From Vicugna vicugna (taxonomy: Eukaryota): a DNA stretch of 64,000 nucleotides. Each line of letters starts with the position of its first letter. The first letter of the stretch is position 1. Both the position numbers and the translations under genes were made by a program. The notes beneath the pieces are model-generated. The model worked only from the letters and a program-made list of their open reading frames with translations, did not search any database and had not been told where the DNA came from. The DNA lies in the NCBI GenBank assembly GCA_013265495.1, contig MU057700.1, positions 248,001 to 312,000 on the forward strand. Reading direction: 5' to 3'. Shown piece after piece: positions 39,354 to 51,400 of the stretch.

Positions 39354-40399
39354 GTAGGGCTGCGGCGCGTGGCAGGTGCGGGGCGGCGGGTCGCGGAGGC
39401 GGTGACTGGACGCGCTCGCCAGGCAACCCCTTGGTTGCAGTAAGGAGCGCGGGGCGAGTGGTTCCTGTGCCGCCGAGTTCGGGAAGGGGGTGCTGCCCTC
39501 TGAGCAAGAAGTGCGGCCATCATATGCATCTTTGGCCAGACCGGTAGGGAGCCTGCTTTGGGAATCACTCCCTCTGCGTGTCCCCACTGGGGCACTTGCT
39601 GCCAGGTGGGCTGTGCCCAGGGCTCAGGACAGAAGGGCAGCCGAGGTTGCCACTGCCTTTCCTGGTGTGGCTTGCGGGAGCCAGTGATCGTCTGTGGCTG
39701 AGCAGCACCTGCAAACCTGGTAGGGACCTCTGTGGAGTGAACAGGTCCAGGTAGGCAGGAGACAGCAGCTCCAGCAGCAGGGCCCCCGCAGGAGGGTGGC
39801 TGCCCTGGGACTGTCACAGTCAGGCTTGTAAGAGCCAAGACAACGGTGGATTCCTTTGCGGACTTGAGGGGCGCAGAACCACCTGTTTGCCCTGGAGGAG
39901 GTGCATGGAAGGGAGGTTTGTGATGAGGTGGGCACGTGGGAGGTGTGTATGTGTGATGTGTGGGCTGCAGTGAGAGTATGTGAAAATGTGGGCATGTTTA
40001 TATATGGGGTGTGTGTGAGAGGGGTGGGGAGAGGGCAGGATTGTGCCTGTGTGGGCCCACAGATGCCTGTGTGTTTAAGGAGAGTGCACTCCAGGCTGGG
40101 GCTTGGAGGAGCGTGGGCTGCCAGGTGAGGGGCAGCTTCCTTTCTACATGAAGGGAGGGTGAGAATTGTCCCGGAATTAATCCTGAGCATGAGGCAGTGT
40201 CAGATTTCCATGGCTGTTGATAAAACCCCCCTCTTTGACACGGATCCGGCTGTGCAATTCAGGTGCGGCTGTTCCAAGACCTCTCAGCAGGGAGCTGACC
40301 GGCATAGACCAGAGGCCTCAGGCTCAATGTGGGTGGGGGCGCAGAAGAGGGCCACAGCTGGGCTGACCAGCTCTGGCTGTGCCCAAGAAACAGGACTCG

Positions 40400-40625
40400 T
40401 TTGTTCCTTATTTTGTTCACTTATTCAGCACACATTTATTGAGCGCTTGCTGGGTGCAGGCATCATGGATTCAGCAGGGAAACCGATATACCACAGTCCC
40501 AGTCCTCATGGAGCTCACCTAGCAAGAGAGACACGGGGAAAAAAGCACAATCAACAGAAAAAAAGCACAATCAACAGAGGGTTACATGGTGATAAGTGCT
40601 AAAGAAAAAAGTAAAGCAGGAAAGA
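40400..40625 (-). mobile_element. L2 3' end
   Basis: ttcacttattcagcacacatttattgagcgc, cctcatggagctcac, gtgataagtgct. Confidence 0.6.
40538..40578. repeat. About 20-bp tandem duplication (gaaaaaagcacaatcaaca)
   Basis: Two adjacent copies differing only in A-run length. Confidence 0.9.
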
Positions 40626-40629
40626 GGAC

Positions 40630-40990
40630 TAGAACATATCAAGGGTGCATCAGGCAGGATGGTTTAGGTTATCTGCAGTAACCAAACAACCCCCAAAGCC
40701 AGGGACTTGTAACAACATGGTGTAGTTTTCACTTATCTGTGTGTCCATCGTGGGCTGGCAGTGCCCTGCTCCAAGCCTTCCTCAATCTAGGACGTGGGCT
40801 GACAAGTCCCACGGCAGAGGGGAAAAGAGGCTCTTGCACTAATATTTTAATGCCCCAGTTCAGAATGCCACGCGTCACTTCTACTCACTGCTCTTGAGCC
40901 TGATGAATCACATGACCCCACTCAATTGCACTGTGACCAGTAATGACAGTTCTGCTCAGCCTGGCAAGCAGGGGTCCAACATGTTTGTTT
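40630..40990 (-). mobile_element. Old MaLR LTR (MLT1J/K-like)
   Basis: taggttatctgcagtaaccaaacaaccccca, cgtcacttctactcac, cacatgaccccact. Confidence 0.5.
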
Positions 40991-42039
40991 GGTGCCCAGA
41001 GTATTGACCACCAGTGTCGGGGGTGCTGTTTGTACCTTGGGGAGGGCATTCCAGGGAGGCCTGAGCGTGAGGACCTAATGGAGGAGAGAGAGGCAGATAA
41101 GTGGCAGTGGGGGTGGAGGGCACATCAGGAAAAGGCTGGGCAGGGATTTGAAGAGGAAGCCGCCTGTGTCTTCAGGGACCAGACCAGAGGCCAGTGTCAG
41201 GAGCAGAGCTGGTGAGGGTAAGCGGACAGTCTGGCCAGCGCTGCAGCCCAGGGGCTCAGTGGAGGGGGAGGGAAGGGCCGATCTGGACACACTCTGAAGA
41301 TAAAGCAAGAGGCCCTGCTGTTGGTGGAGATGTGCTACTAGAGACGGAAAGGAGGTGGGTCACTCCAGGATGGAGAGGTGGGAAAGGTTGCAGGTGGAGC
41401 AGGTGGGGGCAGGAGGTAGGACAGTGTGACACCTCCAGGGCAGTGTCACCTGCAGTGGTTGGGCAGTATGGAGTTCGGGGAGGGTCTGGCCTGGGGTGCT
41501 AATTTGGAGTCTCAGCTTGCTCTTTCCTGTGGGCCCTTGCTGCCTCCTGGCCCTGGGCCCAGCTCGCCCCAGGAACCATGCTCCCATCTTGCTGGGCTTG
41601 CTTGCTGCTGGAGTTGGGGGGAGCTTCATGTGAGCTCTACCAGGGGAGGCAAGGTGAGTTGAGGGAGCCACAGCATCAACCTGGCCGTTGTGTGCCTCGG
41701 GGGCTGGCCGAGGCGCAGGAGTACTGACAGCACTACCATGTGCAGATCACAGACCCAGCAAGCACAGGGATCACAGTGGTGCGGGGTCTTCGAGACCTGG
41801 ATTGTCTGGGAGAGCCAGTGAGGGGAAAGAGTCACACATTGGCTTTGGGATAGGTAGGGTTTGACTTGAGAGCTGGAGCTGGGGTACCTGTGGAAGCTGC
41901 CTGCACCCTCCATACCTCTTGGCTCCTTGGGCCTCATCCTCTGGAGAGCTGCTGGTGAGTGACCAGAAGAGGGCTGGATCTGTCAGGACTGTGATGTCAG
42001 CCCGGAGATGTGTTATCTCCCTGCTCTTCCTTCTCCTAA

Positions 42040-42315
42040 CACCCTGGAAAACCCCTCGTCATCCTTGGAAGCCCATCTCAAAATCACCTCCTCCAGGATG
42101 CCCTCCCTGACTTCTCCCTACAGGGTGAGTTCCCTCACCCTTGTGCCTCGTCAGCACCCAGCACAGACCCCTAATCCTGAATTGCTCACACTGCATTGTG
42201 GTGTTACTTCTGCCTCTACTGGCAGACCCCGAGGTCCATAGGATTTTCCATTTCCAAGTGTGCAGCACAGATCAGAAGGACCTCAGGGATGTTTATTGAC
42301 TGAATAAGTGAGGGA
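42040..42315 (+). mobile_element. L2 3' fragment
   Basis: aaatcacctcctccaggatgccctccctgac...atgtttattgactgaataa. Confidence 0.5.
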
Positions 42316-43479
42316 AGAAAGAAATAGATGCAAGGGCTGAAATGGCCCATGGAGGCTGCTTAGTTCTGCTTCCTTGTTTTACACACGGGGAAACTGAGGC
42401 CCACAGGGGATTGTGACTTGCCATAGTTCAGCCAGGATGTCAGGGGTCAGAGCTGGGTCCCAGACCAGATGCCTCCACTATTCTGGGTTCTGGGTTGGCT
42501 GGAACCCTGTGGGTTCCAGGACAAGGGGAGCCCAGAGGCAGACAGATGGAAGGGCCCTGAGTGATCTATCAGGTGAGAGAGTGTGGACGATGGCCCGCGG
42601 GTACCTGGAGGAAGGCAGCCAGGGGCCTCCACCATGGTTCTTTGCTTTTCTCCCCCCTGGAGCCCTGCAACCCCCAAGGCTCCGGCCCTGTGGCCTCACG
42701 CTCGCTGGCTGGGCAGTGGGGTTTCTCTGGCAAACCCACCACCCTGTGTCTCAGCCCCCAGTGGAATAACCCAGCCCTCAATGTCCCACTCACACTGCCT
42801 GCCTGGCTGGAGCCAAGCCCACGGCATTTCCCAAAGGTCAGTGTGGCTGCCACACGAGCCGCCCCCTGCCCGTGGCGAGTGTGAGTCAGAGGACTTGGGA
42901 GCCAGCCCTCGGGTCTCCTTTAACTCTCACAAGTCACTGTTCCAGTGACGCAAGGGGAAGCTGAGGCTCTGAGGTCTGAGGCGACATGAGCAGAAGGAGC
43001 CAACTTCCGTTCTGGGGCTGGCTGGCGGACCACAGAGCCCGCCCCTCTGTGAGCAGCAGGGCCCTCTGCAAGCATCCTCAGAAGAGAGGCAGCAAGTTCC
43101 TAGAGGGGCCCAGCCCAGAGGGCAGAATGCTGTGGTGTCATGAGTGTGTGGCCAGGAGAGGGGGCTGTGGGCCAGGCGGCTGACCTGTGAGCAGGCCAGC
43201 TGGGGACAACAGTTCCCTGGCCCATGGCTGGGAGACCTGCAGAGCTGGGAGGCCCCAGGACATACACGCATGCAGGCACCCGCTCACACACACCCGCCAC
43301 TGGAGTCAGCATCGAAGCACGTATTCCACGTGGATGTCTTTAGGGATGGGGACACCTGGACCCAGGGGAGGTAGCTAGTTAAGATACTGACCTTTCAAAA
43401 ATTGTATGTTAGGTAATTGGTAATTAAACTCTCATTGGTTTGAGCAGATTTCCAGTTGGGCTCCCTGGAAAACCCAAGA

Positions 43480-45300
43480 AATTAATCATATTACCTGCAT
43501 ATAAGGAACATTCTAGCTCTTTATTTCTAATGTGTCTTTTAAAAGTTTTCTTATCTTATGTTTTCTAAAAGGTACAAAACAAGGTTGAATAATAGCAGTT
43601 GTCCTTGGCTTGATCTTTATTTTAATGAGGAGGCCTCTAATGTTTTACTGTTAAGTCTGAAATAAGTCCTAAATTTCAAATAGATACTCTTCGTCCTGAA
43701 GTACACTCTATTCCTACATTAATTGCCGACAGTGTACACCAAGTATGGAGATTCAGTTTTATCCCAGGCTTTCGTGTATCTAGCAAAATCATCAAATTCC
43801 TTTTCTCCTTGGACCTATTAATGTGTTGACTTATTAGCTTTTCTGAGCTAAATTATCTTGTTCCTGTACTAAATCCCACTGGGTCAGGCTGGATTGTGCT
43901 TTGAAACGCTGCTGGGTTCGGTTTTGCGGCTATGTTGCTTGGGGTATTTTTCATCTAGAATTTATACGGACTTTTCTATTAGGGGAGATATTTTTCACAT
44001 TTATAAATCATGGTTATGTGAACTTCACAAAATGAATAGGAGAGGTTTTTCAATATGAATTGGGTAGTTGAAATAGTTTAAATATCATATAAAATTATCT
44101 TATTCTCCAAGGCTTGAAATGATTCATTTTAGAAACTGGCTCAGCCAGAGCTTACTTTTATTTCTCCCTGAGGTTTAGTTGGCTGTCAACTTACTTAATT
44201 TGTACTATGGTTATTGGCCTTTTGGGGTTCTAAACATTTTTGGTCTGTTTTGGTTATTTATATTTTCTGAATAATACCCTAGTTTAAAATGCTTTCAGAT
44301 CCTTTAGCACATATCTCCATCACCTATTCTTTTTAAAAAATTTTTTTTGGGGGGAGGTAATTAAGTTTACTTATTTATTTATTTTTGGAAGCGGTAACTG
44401 GGGATTGAACCCAGGACGTTGTGTATGCTAAGCATGTGCTCTGCCACTTGACCTATATGCTTCCCCCCTCCACCTGCTCTTTTAAAATCTCTTATCCACA
44501 CCTGTGGTTAGGTTCCCTTTCTCATTCCTAATAGCTATATTTTTGCATTTCTCCCTCGCTCTCTCTTTATTCCTTTCTTCCCTCTCAGTCTCCCACCCTC
44601 CCTCTTTCCCTCTCTGCCAGCTTCCTTCCCTTCTTCCATCCTTTTTTTTTTAATCGGAGTTGCCAGAGGTTTATCTTTTTTTTTTGAGATTAATTTTTGC
44701 CTTTTGCCAGTGTAACCTAACAACAGTGACTTGCAAACTATTTTGACCTAAAAAATACATTTACATCACAATCCAACAAACACACACATATATATGTATA
44801 TAACTGAAACTGTAGTTTTGCCAAAAATGTCTACTCTGAGTTTTCATGTTTTTAAGACTAAGAGGTTTAGCTTTTTAATTCGTGTTTTCAAAAGAAAATC
44901 AGCTCTCAAATATAACCAGCAAGTTCCACTCTCTGTCTTTCCTTAAATCAACTAATTTATCTTTTAGTAATTCCTTTCTTCAGTTTGCTTTGCTGTATGT
45001 CGTTTTGTTGAGAAGCTCTTTTTAGCTTTGGAGTCAAGTGCTTAGCTGGTTTTCATTTTTCCCTGTTTCTTTAAAATATATTGACATCTATGAATTTACT
45101 CTGAGTGCAGTTTTGGCCATATTGAATTTCATAAGGAGTTTTCTTATAATGGTTATTTTCCCAATGTCTCTGTAATTGGAGTTTTGATTGCTACTCAAAT
45201 AGAAATATGTTTGGGGAAGTTTTTTACCAAGTGGGTGAATTTCAGTTCATTGCTTATTTATTAATATCCAGCTGGGTTTATTAATATCCAGACACATCAT
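43480..45300 (-). mobile_element. Highly decayed ancient L1 (L1ME/M5-like)
   Basis: AT-rich block with L1 antisense hallmarks (gttgaataatag, aatgttttactgttaag, aaatcccactgggtca, ttgccagaggtttatc). Confidence 0.6.
44338..44470 (-). mobile_element. Vic-1-type SINE inside old L1
   Basis: ggggggaggtaattaagttt...ggggattgaacccagga. TSD cacctattctttt (44321) and cacctgctctttt (44471). Confidence 0.88.
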
Positions 45301-45320
45301 TCTGTCACCTGTACATTTCT

Positions 45321-45485
45321 TTTTTATTAATTGAAGTATAGTCAGTTTACAATGTTGTGTCAATTTGGGGCACAGCGTAATGTTTCAGTCATACATATAC
45401 ATACATATATTCGTTTTCATTTTCTTTTTCATTATAGGTTACTGTAAGATATTGAATATAGTTCCCTGTGCTATGCAGTAGAAAC
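45321..45485 (-). mobile_element. Short 5'-truncated camelid L1 3' end with TSD
   Basis: ttgaagtatagtcagtttacaatgttgtg terminus. TSD cacctgtacatttct (45306-45320) and cacctatacatttct (45486-45500). Confidence 0.88.
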
Positions 45486-48400
45486 CACCTATACATTTCT
45501 GCTTGGGGACTCCATCAGGGTTTCATTGGTGATATGAGGTATGAACAATGTGGATGAGTACTCGAGGGTGGAGGAATATGCCTTGCTGTTTTTAAGGCTT
45601 GGTATTTCATGTATTTTTCTCTGTATGTTTCCATTCCCACATCTGGAGAGAATGCACTGCAATATTTTCATCTATTTGGGTCTCAACCACTTGTCAGGAA
45701 TTGTAGAAAGTTCTCGTTTTCATTCTGCCTGTCTCTGGCCCGTGAAGAGGAGCTCCCTGCACTGTAGTTGGGCACAGGGCCCATTTCCTGGGCATGGACG
45801 GCGGGGCAGGCGTGTTCTTGGCAGTTTGCTTTTCACTTTCAGCCCTTGGCAGAAAGAACAGCCTGTAGGCAGGAGCCTGGGGCTGTTCCTGGCTCTGTCC
45901 TGCCAGACCATGTGGCCTCAGGCTGTCCTTAGCCTCCTGGGCTACCCCTGGACAGTGGATAGTAAGGCCTTGCAGGGCGCTGTGGGGATGTGTAGGATGG
46001 CCTGGTAGGTGGAAACCTGTGAATGTCACTCATTGGCACTGAGACTGCTGGGATGTTTCAGGGAGGGCCCTTGTGGCCACATGCACAGCTGGCCCTCGGA
46101 CCCTGCCCTGACCCCTCACAGTGCTGCGCTCACTGGCCCCAGCCTGCACACTGCAAGCCAGTAGCTCCTTCTGGGCCAGGCTTTGTCCATCTCCCAGGGG
46201 CCCTGGCAGGCTCCCACCTGCCTTCACCTTGCACCTGCCCTCCCTTCTCCTGAGCCTGAGCTGATGGTCCTGAGTTTCATATCAGATCATGGTGGCTACA
46301 CTCACTAGGGTTCAAATCCCAGCTCCCCTACTTTGGAACTGTAAGGCCCAGGACTGATGTCTTAAGCCCTTTGGCCCTTCTTCCTTGCCTGGAAAATGGG
46401 GTGATGGCTACCACGCCAGCAGCGTGTGCAGTGCAGTATGTGAAGAAGTACACATCCTTGGGGAGGGAAGGATGGACGCAGCTGTGCTGCTGGTACTCCC
46501 GGGGACTGGCCCACCACCTGGTTACTAGCCCCCAGGGCCAGGGGACACAGGGCACGTGGCAGGAAAGCTGCTTGTGTACAGGGAGTGTGCACAGGGAGTG
46601 GAGATGTCAAGACACGTGTCCTGGTTCTGTTTCTGAGAGGCTGTGGCTGCTGGCAAGGCTGTGGCTGTCCGGACCCAGCAGGGAGCTGGGTGCCCCCTGC
46701 CCTCCTGCAGAGGCAGGCGCTCAGAAACCTCCAGCTCCTGCTGCGCAGCGGGATCCCAGGGGCGCAGCTCTGGGTGTCTGCCAGGAGGATGACAGTTCAG
46801 GCGAAGGAAATTGATTTTTATTTGTTTTTAAACACAAAGGAAAATCGTTGCTCAGCCTAATTAGATGCCATTTTAAAATAAAAGAACTGTACGTTCTTTT
46901 TCCCCTGTACCCTGGCCACCCGCCAGGCAGCGTTGGGGCAGAGTAGAGGCTGCCACTCACTCCTGGAAAGGCCTGAGCATGGCTTATACCCCTGCACCCC
47001 CCTTCCATCCCGAGGGGCCCAGCCTCAGCTCTGTTGTCTTGCTTGCTCACAGGCACACCCTGCCGCTCCTTGGGATCCTGCCTGGCTCTTGGAACCTGGG
47101 ATCCTGCCGGGTGGGAGCTCTGGCGGCTGCCCCAGGTTCTGATTAGCAGACTCATTAGCGGCAGTCTTAAGTGGGTGCCCCATATAGGAAGGGGATCCCA
47201 GAGGCGAGATTCCAGTTGGGGTAGAGGCCTGTACCCTGCCCCCAGCTTGCCGCCTCTAAGTGGCACCTTGAGGGGATTCCCAGAAGTGACAGGACTGGCC
47301 CCAAGTTTATCTCAGTTTCCACACCCTCCTGTCTAAGGCTATGCCCAGCTCAACCTCCAGGAGTCTGAGAGTCACTGGCCTGTGTGCAGGAGCACATGGT
47401 GACCCCTGTGGAATCCGGGGCCAGAGGGGAAGGGAGGGGGGACAGGGAGGCACAGCGGGAGGGCCCCCCCGCAGCCCCTCCCTGTCTTGAGGGCCTGAGT
47501 GGGAGGCCAGTGTGCTAGCAGCCTGCCGCCCTTCGGGGAAAGGGCAGGGATTCTCTGAAATCCTACCTGCTCCTCCTGGGGCTTCTCAAGGCTCAATAAT
47601 GGGATGGTTATTGGTGGACAATGACATTTTGTCCCTTGAGCAGCCACCAGAAGAAGCTGACTGGACAGAAAGCGAGACGAGAAGGAGGAAAAAACCCGGA
47701 CTTGGCAGAATCTGTGTTTAGGAGTGTGAAGAGGAGAAGGCAAGATTCCTTTAGTCAATTCAAATAGGATTCGGTAATAGGAAGGGATTCAGAAGACAAA
47801 AAAAATGAATCATGCATCTGTAACAAAGCTTTAATTGTCAGCATCTCTCAGAGGCCAGGCCTTTGTGGAGAAGGCGCCCGAGGCGCTGCGTGGCTCTGGT
47901 TCCCATGGCAGCCGCCTCCTGGCTGGAGTCCGGCCTGTCCTCCCCCAGCCCCAGGACTGTCCTGGCCGGCCGGAGGGTACACGAAGGTAAATGTGCTCTT
48001 CCTGTGGGCATTTGTAAATATGATTTCTTGAAGCTTGGTTTGCGTGAAAATCACCCCTCACTCTCCCACTCCCAATGCCCACCAAGCTGGGAGGATGTGA
48101 GCTGCAGGGTGCTCCTGTGGTCCCACCTGCCAGGATGGGGCCAGCCAGCCATATCCTCCCAAGGACTTCCCTGAAGAAAGGCCACAGGGGGATAGGGGAG
48201 AGGCCTCTCCAGAGAGGTATGTCACCTCTGCCACTCCCCACTCTGGCTGGGGGCCAAGCAGCCACCCCTAAGGCAGAGCCAGCTCTGAGCGCCACATGCC
48301 AGGACAGCGATCTGCCTGCCTGGAAGGAGGAGGCAGCTTCTCTCCACTTTCTCCCTATCTGCAGCAGGGGCCCATCGGCCCCGTGCAGGGCAAGAGGAGG

Positions 48401-51400
48401 GGAGAGAGCCCAGAGGTGGGATCAGCACCAGTCTTGGTAATCTGTGTCCAGGAAGGCAGTGGGTAACCCAGAGGACAAGTGTCCCAAGTGCCTATCAGTG
48501 TCCTGCAGTCCTGATTTCATCGAAACCAGCAGGTGCTAGGTAGGTCCTGAGCTTGTAAGCCTCATGCCACACCCACTACCACGTGTGAGGCTGGTGCTGG
48601 AGATGCCAGTTGACATAGGAGGGCATGTGGCCTCACTCCCCCTGCTGGATCCCCAGCCCATGTTTGCAGCCAGACCCTGAGTAGCTTCAGCGTGTGGCCC
48701 CAGCAGATAGGACTAGGGCTCTCTGGAGCTTCAGAGAGACATATTTCAGCTCCAAGTTAGGAAGATCTGAAGGCTGGGGCTGGGGAAGGGAAAGAGCCGC
48801 CCCCAGGAGGGAGCTTTCTGCCATAGGAGTGTCTGAGCTCAGGCTGCTCTCCTGACCCTTATCTCCTCTTCTTCCTCTTCTAGAGCACTGATCTCCTAAC
48901 TCATATTATCTCCTCCTTAACTGTGTGGTCATCATGCAAGCCAGCCACAGCCTGCTCCAGGGGGCTCCATGGGGACAGAGAGCCCTGTTCCCTTCACTGG
49001 TAGATCTCCAGTGTCTAGTCGGGTCCTTGGTAACATTTGTGAATGAATGAATGGTCAGTGGGTTGGTCGAGGAGTTCGGGCTCCATGGAACACCACACCT
49101 CCTACCCGGCCCCAGCGGACATGATATCAGAGAACCAGACAGTTAGCCCTAGAAGGGTGTTTGGGTGCAGGAGGCTCAGCCTCTGTCCCCCAAAGTCCCC
49201 GGTAGAGCTGGGCTCGAGTGTTGCTGGCCCTGGTCCAGGTAGCCAGCTTGGGTCTCTCCCTAACTGTGGCCTCTGAGTGCTCATGGGGCTCCTGCCCTGC
49301 TCCCAGCCAGGCTGGATTTTCCTGGAACTGGAATGAAACCAGAGACAGCCCCATGAATGCACTCGTTCTGAAACCACTGCCAAAGGCTGCCCTCTTGGGT
49401 AAGCGGCCCACCGCGGTGGGGGCCAGAGCTGGCACCCAGTTCCCCCCCGGGAGCACTTTCCCTCTCTCTCCTCCAGCCAACTGAGGGGAGACTGGCAAGA
49501 TGTGTAATTTTCAGTTGCTAATTGTGATGCCCTGCAGCTTGCTGAGCTAAAAATAGTCCCCGTTTTGTTGAGTAGGTTAAAAAATAGAAGCCCATGTGCT
49601 GCCTCCGAAAGTAGCACCCCATGCAAAGCCTGGCAGAGGCAGGGGGCTGAGTGGAGCCCCTCCTCTACCTCCCAGCAGGTCCCTGGGGACTCATGCAAGA
49701 TGGACCCTCAGGGTCATTTTTGTCCCAGTTTTCCAGGAAGCTGGGATGCTTAACTTGGCACCCATGGATGAGCTTTTGGGAGCCTGTCGATCCCTGGAAT
49801 CATATGCAGAGCGCCGTGGGAAGATGCACTTATCCGTGTGTCCAGGGCAAGGGCCTCAGCCTTCAGCTGATGCTCAGAGGTTTATGCCCTGGCCAGGCAC
49901 AATGATGAGGAGAAATGACAGTCCTTAGAAGGAGCAGGGCAGTGGGGGGACCTACTCACTGCTGCCTGCCTGGGCAACCTTGTGCAAGTCCTGTGAATGT
50001 GGCGTCCTCATCTGCACACAGCGCCCCATGGGTTGGGGGGATTGCATTAAGTGAGATGAGATACATCGTGCCCAGCAGGCGGCTGGGCTCCCAACTCCTG
50101 ATGATGAACATTTAAAGTACGGAAGGTTGTCCCCACTCTCAGCTGGGGTAGAGCTGGCTGTGCCTGAGGCCAGTTATCTGAGGGCAGAGCTGGTGTTGGG
50201 AGCAGGTTCCTGGGCATCAGTGGCCAGGAGGCCTGAGGACCCCAAAGAGCCCAGAGGTGGGGACCCTCCCACGTGGCTCCCAAAGGATGAGGTCCCTTCC
50301 TGCCCTCCCCTCCCACCCCATCTTCCTGCCCAGAGCTGGGGACTGTAAAGCATTATGGGATGAGGCATCCAACTGGAGGCCCACAGCCCTGCTCCCAGGC
50401 AGGGACACTCACCCTCAAGGGCTGGGAGGCAAGAGATGAGGCAGGAGTGGACCCTGGGCACAGGAACACCTCCAGGAAGGTGTCAGGGCTGCCCGTGAGC
50501 GCAGACAGCCCTGCACACGGATGCTGCAGTAATTGACTGTTTCTCTAGAGTCAGTGTCTCCTACATTCCTTACTCAAGTATGTTTAAGTAAATTATTGTG
50601 ACAGCTTCAGCTGTGGGAGTCTTTTACGAGACCATTGGGCAGTGTCAGGCCTCCCCCGGGCCTTGTTGGGCCTCTCTGTACAGGAAGCAGAAAAACCACT
50701 TGGGAAGGGCCTTTCCCCAGGCCCGGACAAGTGTGCAAGCATAGGATGGAAGGTACGTGAAGGTGGATTGATGTGGGTATCTGGGTGCACACAGCAGCTC
50801 TGGCCGTCACAGTGAGGCCGGCAGCTCCAGGGGCCAGGGGTCAGGGGCTCCTGTGTGATGGGAGTGGGGCCATCTTGGGCACAGCTGGAGTTTGTGAGTG
50901 GGAGGACTGTGCCCCCAGGTCACAAAAGCTGTACACGTGTGTGCGTGCCCGGCTGCCCCTCCCAGCGCAAGTCCGGCTTCTGTCCGCGCGTGGCCAGAAG
51001 CCGATACCCTCCTCCTGATTTTGCTGCCTGATGGGGGGCCGTGGACTCCCCTTTGCTAGGGCCACATTAGAAAGCCCTGTAACAGTGAGTGGCACCCAAA
51101 TTTCTAGCTTAAAATCTGTTGAAGAGGCCACAAAAAGGGAATTTCATTCAGAATCTTCTGCGGAAAGTTCCTAAAAACGCTCTTTTCCCACCTGTCCCAG
51201 CATCTCTCAAAGCACTGGGGCTGCCTAAGATCTCTTCTTACTCTCTTAGACCCTGGCTGCCCCCTTCTGTCTCCCAGGCCCTCAGTCCAGGCTTCCATGC
51301 CCTCAGTGCTTTGGTGGGTGTGTTCCTTAGAAAGTGTGCATACGTGTGTGTTGAGTGGGGGGAGGGGGCAGCTGCACATACTCTGAAGCTTAAGTTTTTG

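Larger units (their letters stand above)
38540..39500 (+). promoter_or_regulatory. RASGEF1A: CpG island promoter of RASGEF1A with GC boxes
   Basis: Sharp rise in CpG density on both sides of the gap (gcgacgcacgcggcgc, gcggcgcg, ggcggcgggtcgcgg). Overlapping GGGCGG Sp/KLF boxes at about 39229-39243. Contains the first coding exon. Confidence 0.85.

Noticed and set aside
38445..39547. Long ORFs (180-343 aa) spanning the CpG island
   Set aside because: They read through 405 Ns and low-complexity GC-rich DNA. Only MFLEPQ is supported.
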